This document shows positions 44,906 through 55,300 of a stretch of 64,000 nucleotides of DNA, piece by piece. Positions within the stretch are counted from its first letter, which is position 1. Every line of letters begins with the position of its first letter. Where the stretch lies: positions 6,848,259-6,912,258 of the forward strand of contig JASGKS010000001.1 of assembly GCA_047600485.1 (NCBI GenBank), written 5' to 3'. A program made the position numbers and the translations under genes. Origin of the DNA: Archangium sp. GTDB lineage: Bacteria > Myxococcota > Myxococcia > Myxococcales > Myxococcaceae. The notes beneath the pieces are model-generated. The model was not told where the DNA came from. It worked only from the letters and a program-made list of their open reading frames with translations, and made no database searches.

Positions 44906-46213
44906 CTACACCTTTCGCGCGGCCGCGCGACGACTCAGCGTCACCAACCCGCCGAGCGCCAACACGGCCAGCGAGAGATCGAAGCCCGACGCCGAGCACC
45001 CACTCGCGCCGCGGTCCGGCGAAGCGCTCAGCTTCAGCGATGACGTCGCCTCACGGTTGTTCGGGTACGAGCGGTCGGCGAACGCCAGGTGCGCCTGCAG
45101 CTGAATGTCGTACTCACCATCGACATCGGCCGTGAAGCTCGGCACCGAGCCGTCGAGGTACGCGTACTGCCAGTGGCGCGACGTGCTCACCACGCCCTCG
45201 GGGTTCACCACCGCCGCCTTCGAACCCTGCGGCCGCGACTTCACGGTCCACGCGTATTCGATGGCCGCGCCGTTGCGATTGGCGAACAGCGGCAGACGGA
45301 ACTTCTCACCAGCCTTCAGCACAATCGAACCACCGGCGTGCACGCGGAACGGCCCGTTCGGGTCGAGGCAGTCCTCTTTGTTGTTCGGGTCGACCACCAC
45401 GCAGTACTTCGCATCGCAGCCATCACCGAGGCCGTCGCCGTCGTCGTCGAGCTGCAAGCGATTGCGCAAGAGCGTGCAGTTGTCCGCCGTGTTGAGGATG
45501 CCGTCGTTGTCCATGTCGAGGTCGCACACGTCACCCATGCCGTCGAGGTCGGTGTCGAGCTGCGAGGCGTTCACGGTCGCGAGGCAGTTGTCGAAGGTGT
45601 CACTCACGTTGTCGCCGTCGACGTCGGCGTTGCAGCGCGCGTCGGCGATGGGCGTGTTGCCCGGGTTCGGCAACAGCGGGCACACGTCGAGCGTGTCGGG
45701 AATTCCGTCCGCGTCGTCGTCGGGGTTGCACACGTTGCCGAGCGAAGCGCTGGCGCTCGTCTTCAGCTGGTCGCGGTTCGGAATGCTCGGGCAGTTGTCG
45801 ACGAGGTTGTCGACGCCGTCTCCGTCCATGTCGGCGTCGCAGCCGTCTCCGCTGCCGTCGCCGTCGGTGTCGAGCTGACCGAAGTTCGAAGCGGCCGCGC
45901 AGTTGTCGCACGCGTCGCCGATGCCATCGCCATCACCGTCGAGCTGGTCGCGGTTGCTCGCGAACGCGCAGTTGTCGGCGTCGTCCGACTTGCCGTCACC
46001 GTCGGCGTCGTCGGTGTACGCGAGCGTCTTGCCGTCGTCCGTCATCGCGACCCACACCGAGCAACCGCAGCCACACCCGCAGCCGCAGCCGCCGCCCTCT
46101 TCCTTCGGCTTACCGCACATCGAGCCGAGACACTCCGGGTTGTCCTGGCTCTGCGCGAACGCGGGCAGCGCAGTGAGACAGGCGAGCGCAAGAACGATTG
46201 GGAGTGTCTTCAT
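44906..46213 (-). CDS. Secreted TSP3-repeat protein with a (GC)4 Cys run and a MYXO-CTERM-like C-terminal sorting signal
   Basis: Signal peptide MKTLPIVLALACLTALPAFA, then EEGGGCGCGCGCGCS. More than 8 TSP3 repeats follow (DDADGDGKSDDADNC, DGDGDGIGDACDNC, DTDGDGSGDGCD..). The tail is GCSASGFDLSLAVLALGGLVTLSRRAAARKV, i.e. Gly-Cys, a hydrophobic span, then an Arg-rich end. Confidence 0.75.
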   Translation of the reverse strand: MKTLPIVLALACLTALPAFAQSQDNPECLGSMCGKPKEEGGGCGCGCGCGCSVWVAMTDDGKTLAYTDDADGDGKSDDADNCAFASNRDQLDGDGDGIGDACDNCAAASNFGQLDTDGDGSGDGCDADMDGDGVDNLVDNCPSIPNRDQLKTSASASLGNVCNPDDDADGIPDTLDVCPLLPNPGNTPIADARCNADVDGDNVSDTFDNCLATVNASQLDTDLDGMGDVCDLDMDNDGILNTADNCTLLRNRLQLDDDGDGLGDGCDAKYCVVVDPNNKEDCLDPNGPFRVHAGGSIVLKAGEKFRLPLFANRNGAAIEYAWTVKSRPQGSKAAVVNPEGVVSTSRHWQYAYLDGSVPSFTADVDGEYDIQLQAHLAFADRSYPNNREATSSLKLSASPDRGASGCSASGFDLSLAVLALGGLVTLSRRAAARKV

Positions 46214-46281
46214 CGGGCTTCTCCTTGTGGTGAGCCCGACTCGTGAACTGTCGTACTTCCCGCGGTTCAACCGCTCGAAGA

Positions 46282-48123
46282 TCAGCTGGTTGCGTCAGGT
46301 CGCAGCAGCAATTTGAACTCCGCCTCGAGGGCGTCGGCGGTGAACGGCTTGTTGAGCCGGCCGGTGAGCGGCTGCGCGAGCAACGTCGCCAACAAATCTT
46401 CGGGAGCGAACCCCGAGCAGAACACCACCGGCTGCTCCGGGAGAATCTGACGAATGGCGAAGAACGTGTCGCGCGCCGAGAGCCCGGGCATCATCAAGTC
46501 GAGCACCACCAGCGCGGGTTTTTCTTTCGCGGTGGCGAGCAGCTCGAGCGCCTTCGCGCCGTCGCTGGCTTCCATCACCCGGTAGCCGAGGCGCTCCAGC
46601 AGCCGGCCCATCGAGCGACGCACGAGGTCTTCGTCGTCGATGACGAGAATCAACTCGTGCCCGCCGCCCGGAGCCGCCTGCGCCGCGCTCGACTCGACGC
46701 TCGGCGCGTCTCCCGCGACGACCGGGAAGCGCAGCTGAAAACGCGTGCCCTCACCGACTTCGCTGTGCACCGTGATGTCGCCGTCGTGACCGCGCACCGC
46801 CGAGTCGACGGTGGCGAGCCCGAGGCCCGTGCCGCGCCCGCGTTCCTTGGTGGTGAAGAACGGGTCGAAGATGTGCGCCATCACCTCGGGCGCCATGCCC
46901 ATGCCGGTGTCGATGACGTCGAGCCGCACGAGCCCGGGTTGATCATCGCTGGTGCGGAAGGTGAGCGTGCCGCCGTCGGGCATCGCGTCGCGCGCGTTGA
47001 GCGCGAGGTTGATGAACGCGTTCGAGAGCTGCGCGGAATCGGCGAGGAGCCGCGAGTGCTTCGCGTTGCGCTCGACCACCAGCGTGATGCGCCGGTCGAG
47101 CGTGCGCTGGAGAATGGTGAGCGCGTCGTCGAGCACGAAATGCAAATCGGTCGGCACGCGGTGCGAGTGGTCCTTGCGGCTGAACTGCAGCAACTGCCGC
47201 GTGAGGCTCGCGGCCTGTGACGCGGCGGACAAGATGGTGCCCACCGACTCCTGACCCGACGCGCTGAGCGGTTCCAGCTTGAGCAACTCGGACGCGGCCA
47301 TGATGGCGCCCAGCATGTTGTTGAAGTCGTGCGCCACGCCGCCGGCGAGCTGGCCCACCGCGTCCATTCGGCTGGAGTGACGCAGCCGTTCCTCGATGTG
47401 CCGTTCTTCGGTGACGTCCTGAATCGCGCCCGAGAGACGACGCGGCTCGCCTTCGGGAATGCCGTGCAGCCGCACGCGGCGTCGCTTGCCGCCCGGCCGC
47501 TCGAGCTCGACCTCGAGTCGAAACGGAGCGCCGCGCTGCAACCCCTGCTCGTGCGCGACCCGCACCGCCTCGCGGTGTTCGGGCACGAAGCGCGCGAGCG
47601 CACCGTCGAGCGTCGGAGTGAACTCGCGCTCACTCACGCCGAAGATGCGGAAGGTCTCCGAGGTCCACACGAGCGTCCTGGTGCGCCCGTCGTATTCCCA
47701 ACCGCCGACGTCGGTGACCGCCTGCGTTCGCTCGAGGAAACGCTTCTGGCGTTCCAGGTCTTTCACCACGCTCTGCTGCTCGGTGACGTCGAGCGCGAAG
47801 CCGGCCACGCCCATCACCTGACCGTCGGTCGAATAGACCGGGAACTTCGTCGAGAAGAACGTGCGCACGTCGGGCGGCACCTGCACTTCTTCGAAGCGCC
47901 GACTCGGCATGCGCGAGGCGAGCACCTCGCGGTCGTTGTTCACGAAGGCGTCAGCCTGTTCTTTGGCGAACAGCTCGTGGTCGGTCTTGCCCTCGACGGT
48001 CTCGCGCGAGGTGCGGAACGCGTTGACCCACGCGTTGCTGATCAACATGTACCGGCCATCGAGGTCCTTGATGAACGCGATGACCGGAGAGTTGCGGATG
48101 AATTGAGTCAGCAGGTCGAGCAC
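46282..48123 (-). CDS. Hybrid sensor histidine kinase: two PAS domains + HisKA + HATPase + C-terminal receiver
   Basis: H-box HDFNNMLGAI and the N/G boxes are present. The receiver is ILVIDDEDLVRRSMGRLLERLGYRVMEASDGAKALELL...VVLDLMMPG. Confidence 0.85.
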   Translation of the reverse strand: MLDLLTQFIRNSPVIAFIKDLDGRYMLISNAWVNAFRTSRETVEGKTDHELFAKEQADAFVNNDREVLASRMPSRRFEEVQVPPDVRTFFSTKFPVYSTDGQVMGVAGFALDVTEQQSVVKDLERQKRFLERTQAVTDVGGWEYDGRTRTLVWTSETFRIFGVSEREFTPTLDGALARFVPEHREAVRVAHEQGLQRGAPFRLEVELERPGGKRRRVRLHGIPEGEPRRLSGAIQDVTEERHIEERLRHSSRMDAVGQLAGGVAHDFNNMLGAIMAASELLKLEPLSASGQESVGTILSAASQAASLTRQLLQFSRKDHSHRVPTDLHFVLDDALTILQRTLDRRITLVVERNAKHSRLLADSAQLSNAFINLALNARDAMPDGGTLTFRTSDDQPGLVRLDVIDTGMGMAPEVMAHIFDPFFTTKERGRGTGLGLATVDSAVRGHDGDITVHSEVGEGTRFQLRFPVVAGDAPSVESSAAQAAPGGGHELILVIDDEDLVRRSMGRLLERLGYRVMEASDGAKALELLATAKEKPALVVLDLMMPGLSARDTFFAIRQILPEQPVVFCSGFAPEDLLATLLAQPLTGRLNKPFTADALEAEFKLLLRPDATS

Positions 48124-48136
48124 GGGCGCTGTCCTC

Positions 48137-49591
48137 TTACTCCACCCACGAGAGCGGGCTCGACGGCGTGTGCAGCCGCGTGACCGTCACGTCGCGCACG
48201 TGCTTCTGCCCGTCGGGCGTGACGACCTCGAGCTTGTGCGGCCCGACGCTCACTTCGAAGCGCCCCGGAGCAAACCCCACCGACTTGCCGTCGACCTTCA
48301 CCTCGCCGCGCAGCAGGGCTTCGCCGCCGATGCTGATCAGTCCCGTGCCGGTCTCGACCACGACCGCGGGAATCACCTTCGTCGGGACCTTCGGTCGCAC
48401 GACACCTTCAGTGGGCGCCGGAGTGGACGCGTCGGGCACGAACGACTTCTCGGGAGCCGGCACTTCCGCTTCCACTTTCGGTTGCGTGTCGACGACAGGC
48501 TTGAGCACCACCGGAGGTGGAGGCAACGGCTGCGGCTCACTGAAGAGCACCGACACGCCGACGCCCGTCACGCCCGCCAGACCGACGACGAGAAATGGAA
48601 CCCACGCGCGACGCGTCGGCTTCGGCGAGCTCGCGACGACCGGCTTCGACGGCACCATCGGCGTCGCCTGCTCGATGAACGCGTCACGCGACGGAGCGAC
48701 CGACGCGACCCACTCCGCCAACGCCTTGCGCGGCTCGGCACCGGCGGCTTCTCTGACCGCGATGGCCGAGCACGCGAGCGCGAACGCCTCGGCGCTCTCG
48801 TAGCGTTCGGCTTTGTTCCGCCGCGTGGCGCGCGCAATTACGTCGCGCAGCTCGGGGTGCACGTCGAACGACAGCGTGAGTTCCTGGCCCGCGAGCAAGT
48901 CGACCAGCGCGTTCTCGTCGCGCAGCGCGCTCTCTCCGGTGAGCAGCGCGTGCAGCACGCAGCCGAGCGCGAACACGTCGGTGCGCGCGTCGAGCGAGCC
49001 GCGAATCGCCTGCTCCGGAGCCATGTACGCCGGCTTCCCGCGCGCCACGCCACCGACGGTCTTCTCGGTGCGCCCTTCAGCGAGCGCGATGCCGAAGTCG
49101 GAAAGCTTCACGTCACCGCCGCGCGAGACGAGGACGTTCTGTGGGCTCACGTCGCGGTGCACGATGTTGAGTGGCTTGCCGTCGTCCGACGTCGCGGCGT
49201 GCGCGAAGTGCAGCGCGTGACCGACCGTCGCGCACACGTGCAGCGCGAGCGCGACCGGCATGGGTTTGCTCATCGCCCGGCCCCACTTCGCGAGGCGCCA
49301 CACGTCGAAGCCGTCGATCAACTCCAGCACCTGAAACGCGCGGCCCGCTTCGACGCCGAAGTCGAGAATCGAGACGATGCCCGCGTGGTGCAGGCGGCTG
49401 GTGATGCGCGCCTCGTCGAGGAACATGCGCTCGAACGCGCCACCATCTTCTTCCTGCCGCGCGAAGAGCTGCTTGATGGCGACGCGCCGTGTGAAGCCCG
49501 CGTCACCGTGCGCGACCGCGAGCCACACCTCGGCCATGCCGCCTTCCGCGAGACGGCGCTGCAGCTCGTAGCGGCCAGCGAGGCGCGTCAT
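48137..49591 (-). CDS. Ser/Thr protein kinase with a TM segment and a C-terminal PEGA domain
   Basis: Kinase motifs LAEGGMAEVWLA, HRDVSPQNVLV, DFGIA, APEQ. The TM segment is WVPFLVVGLAGVTGVGVSVL and the PEGA is ..LLRGEVKVDGKSVGFAPGRFEVSVGPHKLEV.. Confidence 0.85.
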   Translation of the reverse strand: MTRLAGRYELQRRLAEGGMAEVWLAVAHGDAGFTRRVAIKQLFARQEEDGGAFERMFLDEARITSRLHHAGIVSILDFGVEAGRAFQVLELIDGFDVWRLAKWGRAMSKPMPVALALHVCATVGHALHFAHAATSDDGKPLNIVHRDVSPQNVLVSRGGDVKLSDFGIALAEGRTEKTVGGVARGKPAYMAPEQAIRGSLDARTDVFALGCVLHALLTGESALRDENALVDLLAGQELTLSFDVHPELRDVIARATRRNKAERYESAEAFALACSAIAVREAAGAEPRKALAEWVASVAPSRDAFIEQATPMVPSKPVVASSPKPTRRAWVPFLVVGLAGVTGVGVSVLFSEPQPLPPPPVVLKPVVDTQPKVEAEVPAPEKSFVPDASTPAPTEGVVRPKVPTKVIPAVVVETGTGLISIGGEALLRGEVKVDGKSVGFAPGRFEVSVGPHKLEVVTPDGQKHVRDVTVTRLHTPSSPLSWVE

Positions 49592-49609
49592 GGGTTGAGC
49601 TCTTGACGA

Positions 49610-51196
49610 CTACGCGAACAAGTCTTTCACGACATCGGTCAGCTGCTTCGGCGCGCGCACCGGGTGGTAGTGCACCGTCAACGCCGAGGCGAAGTCCTTC
49701 GCGGTCGCCGGCCGCTGCGTGCGTTCCTTCTCGAGCGCCGAGCGCACCAGCGCTTCGAGCGGCCCCGAAATCTCGTCGCGCCGCTCGCGCACCGAGACCT
49801 CTTTCTTCGCGCGAATCGCTTCCGTCAATTCTTCGAGCGTGTTGCCGACGAAGGGCTGCTCGAGGGTGAGCAGCTCGTAGAGCGTCACGCCCGCGGCCCA
49901 CAAATCGACCGACGGCGTGTGCGAGCCCATCAGCGCTTCCGGAGCGAGGTACGTCGGCCGCCCTTCCTTCAACGCGCGGCGCGCATCGCCCGAGCGGCGC
50001 GCGGTGCCGAAGTCGCCGAGCTTGATGGCTCCCGACTTCGCGATGAAGACGTTGTGCGGAGAGACGTCGCCGTGCACCAGTTCCCACGGCGCGCCGGTCT
50101 CGTCTTTCACGCCGTGCACCGCCGAGAGCGCGTCGAGCAGCACCTTCACCAGGTAGCAGGCGACGTCGATGGGCAGCTTCTTCTTGCGAGAGCGCGCGCG
50201 GCGGAGAATTTGCGAGAGGTCGTGGCCCTCGACGAGCTCCATCGCGAGGTAGTGCTGACCGTCGACCACGCCCGAGTCGACGAGCTTCACGATGTTGGCG
50301 TGCTTGAGCAGCGAGAGCGTCCTCGCTTCTTGCTCGAAGGCCTTCACCGCCTTCGCGTCACTCGCGCGGCGAGCGTGGAGCCGCTTGAGCGCCACCTGGT
50401 CGCCCTTGCGCGGCCCCTCGAAACCGCGCGCGGCGTGCACCACACTGGTGCCTCCGGTGCCGAGCAGCGTCATCACTTCCCACGGGCCGATGCGCTCGGG
50501 GCCTCCGTCACCTTTCGCAGCGGGAGGCGCGAGCGCGTCGACCTTTTCCTTCACGCCGGGCTTGGAGTCGGAAGAGAACTGCACCGACACGCCCTGCTCG
50601 GAGACGTTCACCACCGTCGCCGGCGCAGTCACTTCGCCGGTCGGCAGCCGAATCTCGACCTCGACCTTTTCGCGCAGCACCGGCGGCGGCGTCAGCGTGC
50701 GAAGCAGCGCGCCACCGGCCGACACGTTCTGCACCACCGCTTCGATTTTCTTGTCGCCGACCAGCACCGTGGCGGGCGCGATGACGGGCAGACGCGGCTC
50801 GGAGCGACGCTCGGGACTCTGCGCGAGCACCTCGTCGAGCACCTTGAGCACTTCGTCGGGCAACAGGCCGAGCCGCTGCACGCCGCACTGCTCGAAGCGG
50901 GACAGGAACTCGGCGCGCGCGCGGAAGTCGTCGCTGAGTTCCCACACCTTTCCGCCTGCGTGCTCACCTGCGTTGGTGATGGCGGCCTGGGTGCCCTCAC
51001 TGAAACGGTCTTCGCGGAAGCGGAGAATGACGAAGAGCTCCGGGCCGCCGAGGCGCAGACCGAGGTCGACCTGCAACAACGCCTCATCGAGGGCAGACAG
51101 CCAGATGTCGACGCAGCGGATGGCGCTCTGCCGGCGGTGACCTGATGCGTTCTCGAAGACGATCGCGCGCTCGACCGTCTCAACTCCGGCGCTCAC
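49610..51196 (-). CDS. PilZ-domain / Ser/Thr-kinase fusion protein
   Basis: The central PilZ signature is ERRSEPRLPV...QNVSAGGALLRT (RxxxR ... N.S.GG). It is followed by a Hanks kinase (LGTGGTSVVHAA, HGDVSPHNVFI, DFGTAR, APE). Confidence 0.7.
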   Translation of the reverse strand: MSAGVETVERAIVFENASGHRRQSAIRCVDIWLSALDEALLQVDLGLRLGGPELFVILRFREDRFSEGTQAAITNAGEHAGGKVWELSDDFRARAEFLSRFEQCGVQRLGLLPDEVLKVLDEVLAQSPERRSEPRLPVIAPATVLVGDKKIEAVVQNVSAGGALLRTLTPPPVLREKVEVEIRLPTGEVTAPATVVNVSEQGVSVQFSSDSKPGVKEKVDALAPPAAKGDGGPERIGPWEVMTLLGTGGTSVVHAARGFEGPRKGDQVALKRLHARRASDAKAVKAFEQEARTLSLLKHANIVKLVDSGVVDGQHYLAMELVEGHDLSQILRRARSRKKKLPIDVACYLVKVLLDALSAVHGVKDETGAPWELVHGDVSPHNVFIAKSGAIKLGDFGTARRSGDARRALKEGRPTYLAPEALMGSHTPSVDLWAAGVTLYELLTLEQPFVGNTLEELTEAIRAKKEVSVRERRDEISGPLEALVRSALEKERTQRPATAKDFASALTVHYHPVRAPKQLTDVVKDLFA

Positions 51197-51258
51197 ATCG
51201 ACAAGTGTAGCCCGGAAACACGCGCTCGCCTTTCACCTCGTGCGATGATGCGTGCGCG

Positions 51259-52371
51259 ATGTCCGGTGATCGTCGTTTTACCGTGGCTCAACTCCGCGCC
51301 CACGAAGACGCGAACGAGTTGAACTTGCGACCGCCGGACGGAATTTCACGCGCATTCAACGTGGCCATTGGTGACCCGCAGGCCTCGCTGGCGATGTTCC
51401 TGCGGGTACTCGATTTGAACGGGCTCCTCGGAGAGAACGGCCGAATTCGCCCGGAAGTGGGCCTCGTCTCGCTGGGAGATCATTTCGACTGGGGCCGGCC
51501 CGAAGACCGCGAGAGCGCGACCGAAGACGGCACGCGCATTCTGGCGTGGCTCGCCGCGCACCCGCCTGATCAGGTGCAGATCATCGTGGGCAACCACGAC
51601 CTCGTTCGCGTGGGAGAGCTCTCGAGCTTCACCGACGCGCAATACGTGGAAGCACGGCAGCTCGCCGAGATGGCCATCAGCCCCAACCGCGTCGCCGAGT
51701 TCAAGGAGCGCTACCCGATGCTCGCCAGCCCGGCGGTCATCTCGCGCGACTACTCGTGCTTCGACACACGGCAGCGTTCGCTCGTCTCGCGGTTGTTGAA
51801 GAAGAAGCGGCTGCGGCTGGCGGTTGCTCCGTCGAGTGACCTGCTGCTGGTGCACGCCGGAGTGACCACCGAAGACCTCGAGGTGTTCGGCCCGCTGCCG
51901 GTCTACGACGCGCCGACCATCGCCGCGACGCTCAACAACTTCCTCGATGCGCGCGTGGCGAAGTGGAAGGGCGATGGGCCGCTCGACCTCGCGCCGCTGC
52001 ACGAGCTCGGTTCGGCCGAAGGTGGAGAAGCGCGCGGAATTCTCGCGCACCGCCCGGCGAACCCCGAGTTGAAGAAGACCGACCGCGCCGCGCGACGCTA
52101 CGACCCGCGGCTGTTGCCCAGCGGCGTGACGCAGGTCATCGGCCACATCAACGACAAGAAGTGCCGCGAGCTGATGGGAAGCTGGGCCGAGACGCCGAAG
52201 CACGAATTCGGTGTGCTGCGCGGCCTGAAGCTCGGCATGAAGCCGAAGTACCACGCGCGCTGCGATGACGAAGACCGCCTGGTGTTCGTCGACGGCGCGA
52301 TGAACATGGTGGCGCCGTTCGAGTACGAGCTGTTCGACCTGGAATTGCGGCAGCGGTTGATTCTGCGCTGA
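51259..52371 (+). CDS. Calcineurin-like metallophosphoesterase; PPP-like Ser/Thr phosphatase candidate
   Basis: The motifs GDHFDWGRP (GDxxDRG-like) and GNHD are in PPP order. 370 aa. Confidence 0.55.
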   Translation: MSGDRRFTVAQLRAHEDANELNLRPPDGISRAFNVAIGDPQASLAMFLRVLDLNGLLGENGRIRPEVGLVSLGDHFDWGRPEDRESATEDGTRILAWLAAHPPDQVQIIVGNHDLVRVGELSSFTDAQYVEARQLAEMAISPNRVAEFKERYPMLASPAVISRDYSCFDTRQRSLVSRLLKKKRLRLAVAPSSDLLLVHAGVTTEDLEVFGPLPVYDAPTIAATLNNFLDARVAKWKGDGPLDLAPLHELGSAEGGEARGILAHRPANPELKKTDRAARRYDPRLLPSGVTQVIGHINDKKCRELMGSWAETPKHEFGVLRGLKLGMKPKYHARCDDEDRLVFVDGAMNMVAPFEYELFDLELRQRLILR

Positions 52372-55300
52372 CTACTTCGCGACCGGCTTCAACGACTGCC
52401 GCTGCAGGAAGCGCACGAAGAGCTGCACCACCTCGGGGCGGAAGCGATGCGCGACCTTGGACCCGATGAGCTCGACGATTTGGTCCTTGGGCATCGCCTC
52501 GCGTGAAGCGGTCGCGGTGCTGAGCGACTCGTACGCCCGCGCGAGCGCCACGATGCTGCCCATCAAGCCAATCGACGCCATCGCGCCGAGGCTGCCGGGC
52601 CGTTCGCGCGTGCCCCAGTCGAGGTCCTGCTCGACGAGAATCGACGACCACGACGCCGCGGCTGGAGCATCACCCAGCTTCACGAACGGGAAGCGCACCG
52701 AAGTCTTCCGCGCAGCCGCGATGGCTTGTTGATCAGCCTCGGTCAGCTTCCCCGCGCGCTCGAGCATCTCGTCCTTCAAGTCGAAGTTGCCCACCTCGCT
52801 GAAGAACGACACCTGCGCCAAATCCATCAGCTGTTGATGCTCGAGGCCCAGCTCTCCGCCGAACATCACCGCGAGCATCATCACGTTCGCCGCGTGGAAC
52901 ACCTCGGCTTCGGCGTTGCGCTTGCGCGGCGTGAGGCCCGCGAAACGCACCATGCGTGAGTGCGCGGCCGTCGCCACCTCGTGGAAGACCTGCCGCACGT
53001 CGGGCATCTCGGCGCGCGGGTTCATCTTCCGCTCCGTCATCCACGCGCGGAACCCGAGCACCAGGTCGACGTACCGAATCATCGCTTCGCGCGAGAAGTC
53101 GGTCATCGGCGACGGGCGGATGTCGGGCTTCGCCGGCTTCGGCTGCTGGTTGTTCGCCGACACCAGCGTGATGGACGAGGTCTCGATGCCTTCGGCGTTC
53201 GCGCCCGCAGCGAGCCAGCGCACCAGCAATTCCAATTCAGCGCGCGGAGGCTGGCGCGTGAACGTGAAGCCCGCCACGCCGCGGCTCTCGAACGCCTTCT
53301 TCACGCGCTCGACCGCGCCGTCGTTGCCTTCGCCGACGGGCGCTCCATTCACGGTGAGCGAAGGAGAGGTCGTCACGCTCGCCTGCGCGCCCGCCGGCAG
53401 CAGCGCCGCGAGCGTCTTGCTGATGCGGGTGAACGCGGTGTCGAACAATTCGCTGTCGAGCTCGACGAGGCGCGAGGCCTGAGAGAGCGCGTGCAGGTCC
53501 ATCAACACGTCGCGCCACGCGGGCGGGTTGCGGTCCCACCTCCGAAGCTCGCCGACGTGCGACGTGGTCTCGGCAATCAACGCCGCCGAGCGCAGATGCC
53601 GGTCGGCCGCCGCGCGCACCGAATCGCCCTGCGACGAATCGTCGTTCACGCGCTGCATGAGCGAGGCCGCGTCGTCGCCCTTCATCACCGCGAGGCCTTC
53701 GAGCACCTCGACCTTGCGGCCTTCCGACTTGGCGCGACCGAGCAGCGGGCGCTGTGCGAGCTCGCTGGCCATCATCGACAGCGCCTCGGGCGAGTTCGAC
53801 TGGCCGATGGAAATCCACAGCGCGCGGCGTTCCTGGTCGGTGCGGGTGCTCGCGTTGTTGGGCTCGACCACGCCCTTGAGCGCCGCCAACACGCGCTCGG
53901 GGAAGTGCTTTCCGAGGAGCTGAATCGAGTGCAGCCGCGTCTCCGATTCCTCGTCGGTGACGCCCTGGCACACCAGCTTGTACGCGTCGTCCGAGCCCGC
54001 GCGCGCGAGGCCGGTCAACACCTCGCGACGGCGTGCGGGGTCGAGCCGGGCGAGCAGCTCACGCACGATGCGCGAGCGGTCTCCGACGCGGCCCTTCTCG
54101 AGGCAGTACACCAATTCCATGATGCGCCGCGGCCGCTTGGGCGCGAGCAAGTCGATGAACGGCTGCGGGCTGAGCGCGCACAACGACGCGAGGCCGGGGA
54201 GCAGCGCATCACGCGACGCAGCGAGGTCGATGTTCTCGAACAGCGAAATCCACGTCGGGCCGAACGCGGGGCCAAAGAAGGCGATGAGCTTGCCGAGCCC
54301 TTCAGCATCGGCCGGCTTGTTCTCGCGCAACCGCAGCGAGATGCGACGCGCGTTCTCGGTGGTCGCGAACTGCGAGATGGCGAAGTCGTACGCCCACTTG
54401 TGCAGCGCGTCGGCCTCGCCGTGGAACTTGAGGCGCTCGAGCAACGTCGCGAGCGTGCCCCACGCTTCCGCCATGAAGAGACCGTCGATGGCGCCGGCCA
54501 GCCGCTCGGAGACGAGTGATTCGGGCTCGACGTACTTGAGCAGCCGCGCGGCGTGGTCGGCGTAGCGCACCAGCAGGTGCAGCCCTTCGTCGCGCGCGAG
54601 TTCCTTGCGCACGCTCTCGAGCTCGACGGCGGTGCCCAGACCCGGGCCCGTGTCGTAGAGCCGCATGGTCGTCGCGTCGGCCATCACCACCGCGGCGCGA
54701 ACTTCAGGCGTGCTCGCGACTGGATTTGGCGGTTGCTGCTGCGCGGGAACGTGCGCGGCGAAACCGCCCGAGCGCGACGGCGGCGGAGCGAGCGGCAAGC
54801 CCTGACCGGGACCCGGCGTCGGCGGGCGTGAAATCGGCAAGCCGCGGCCCGGCCCCGGCGTGTGCGGAGAAATCGCGGGCGGCGGTGGCGCGCTCGCGAC
54901 GGACATTGGCAGCCCGCGGCCCGGCCCCGGCGTGTTGAGCGGCAGACCCTTGCCCGGCCCCGGCGTGAGCGACGACGGCGCGTGCTGAGGGAACGAGCCG
55001 GAGCTGCGCGACTTCGTGCCCGGCGTCAGCGGACCCGCGGTGCCGCGCGCGTTGAACGCTTCGATGGGCACAGCCGCGGCAGTCGAGCCGACGGTGATGC
55101 GCATGCCGCCGCCATCATCGTCATCGTCGTCTTTCTTCGCAGCGGGCGGCGGCGGAGGCGGCGGAAGCTTCTGCGTCGACGGGCGCGCGACGGCCGCGGT
55201 GGCGATGGGCGTGAGCCCCGACATGTCGACGTCGGAGAAGAATTGATCGAACAGCTCCTCGCTGTGCTTCTTCGCGGCGGCGCTCTGCAGCGGAGGCACG

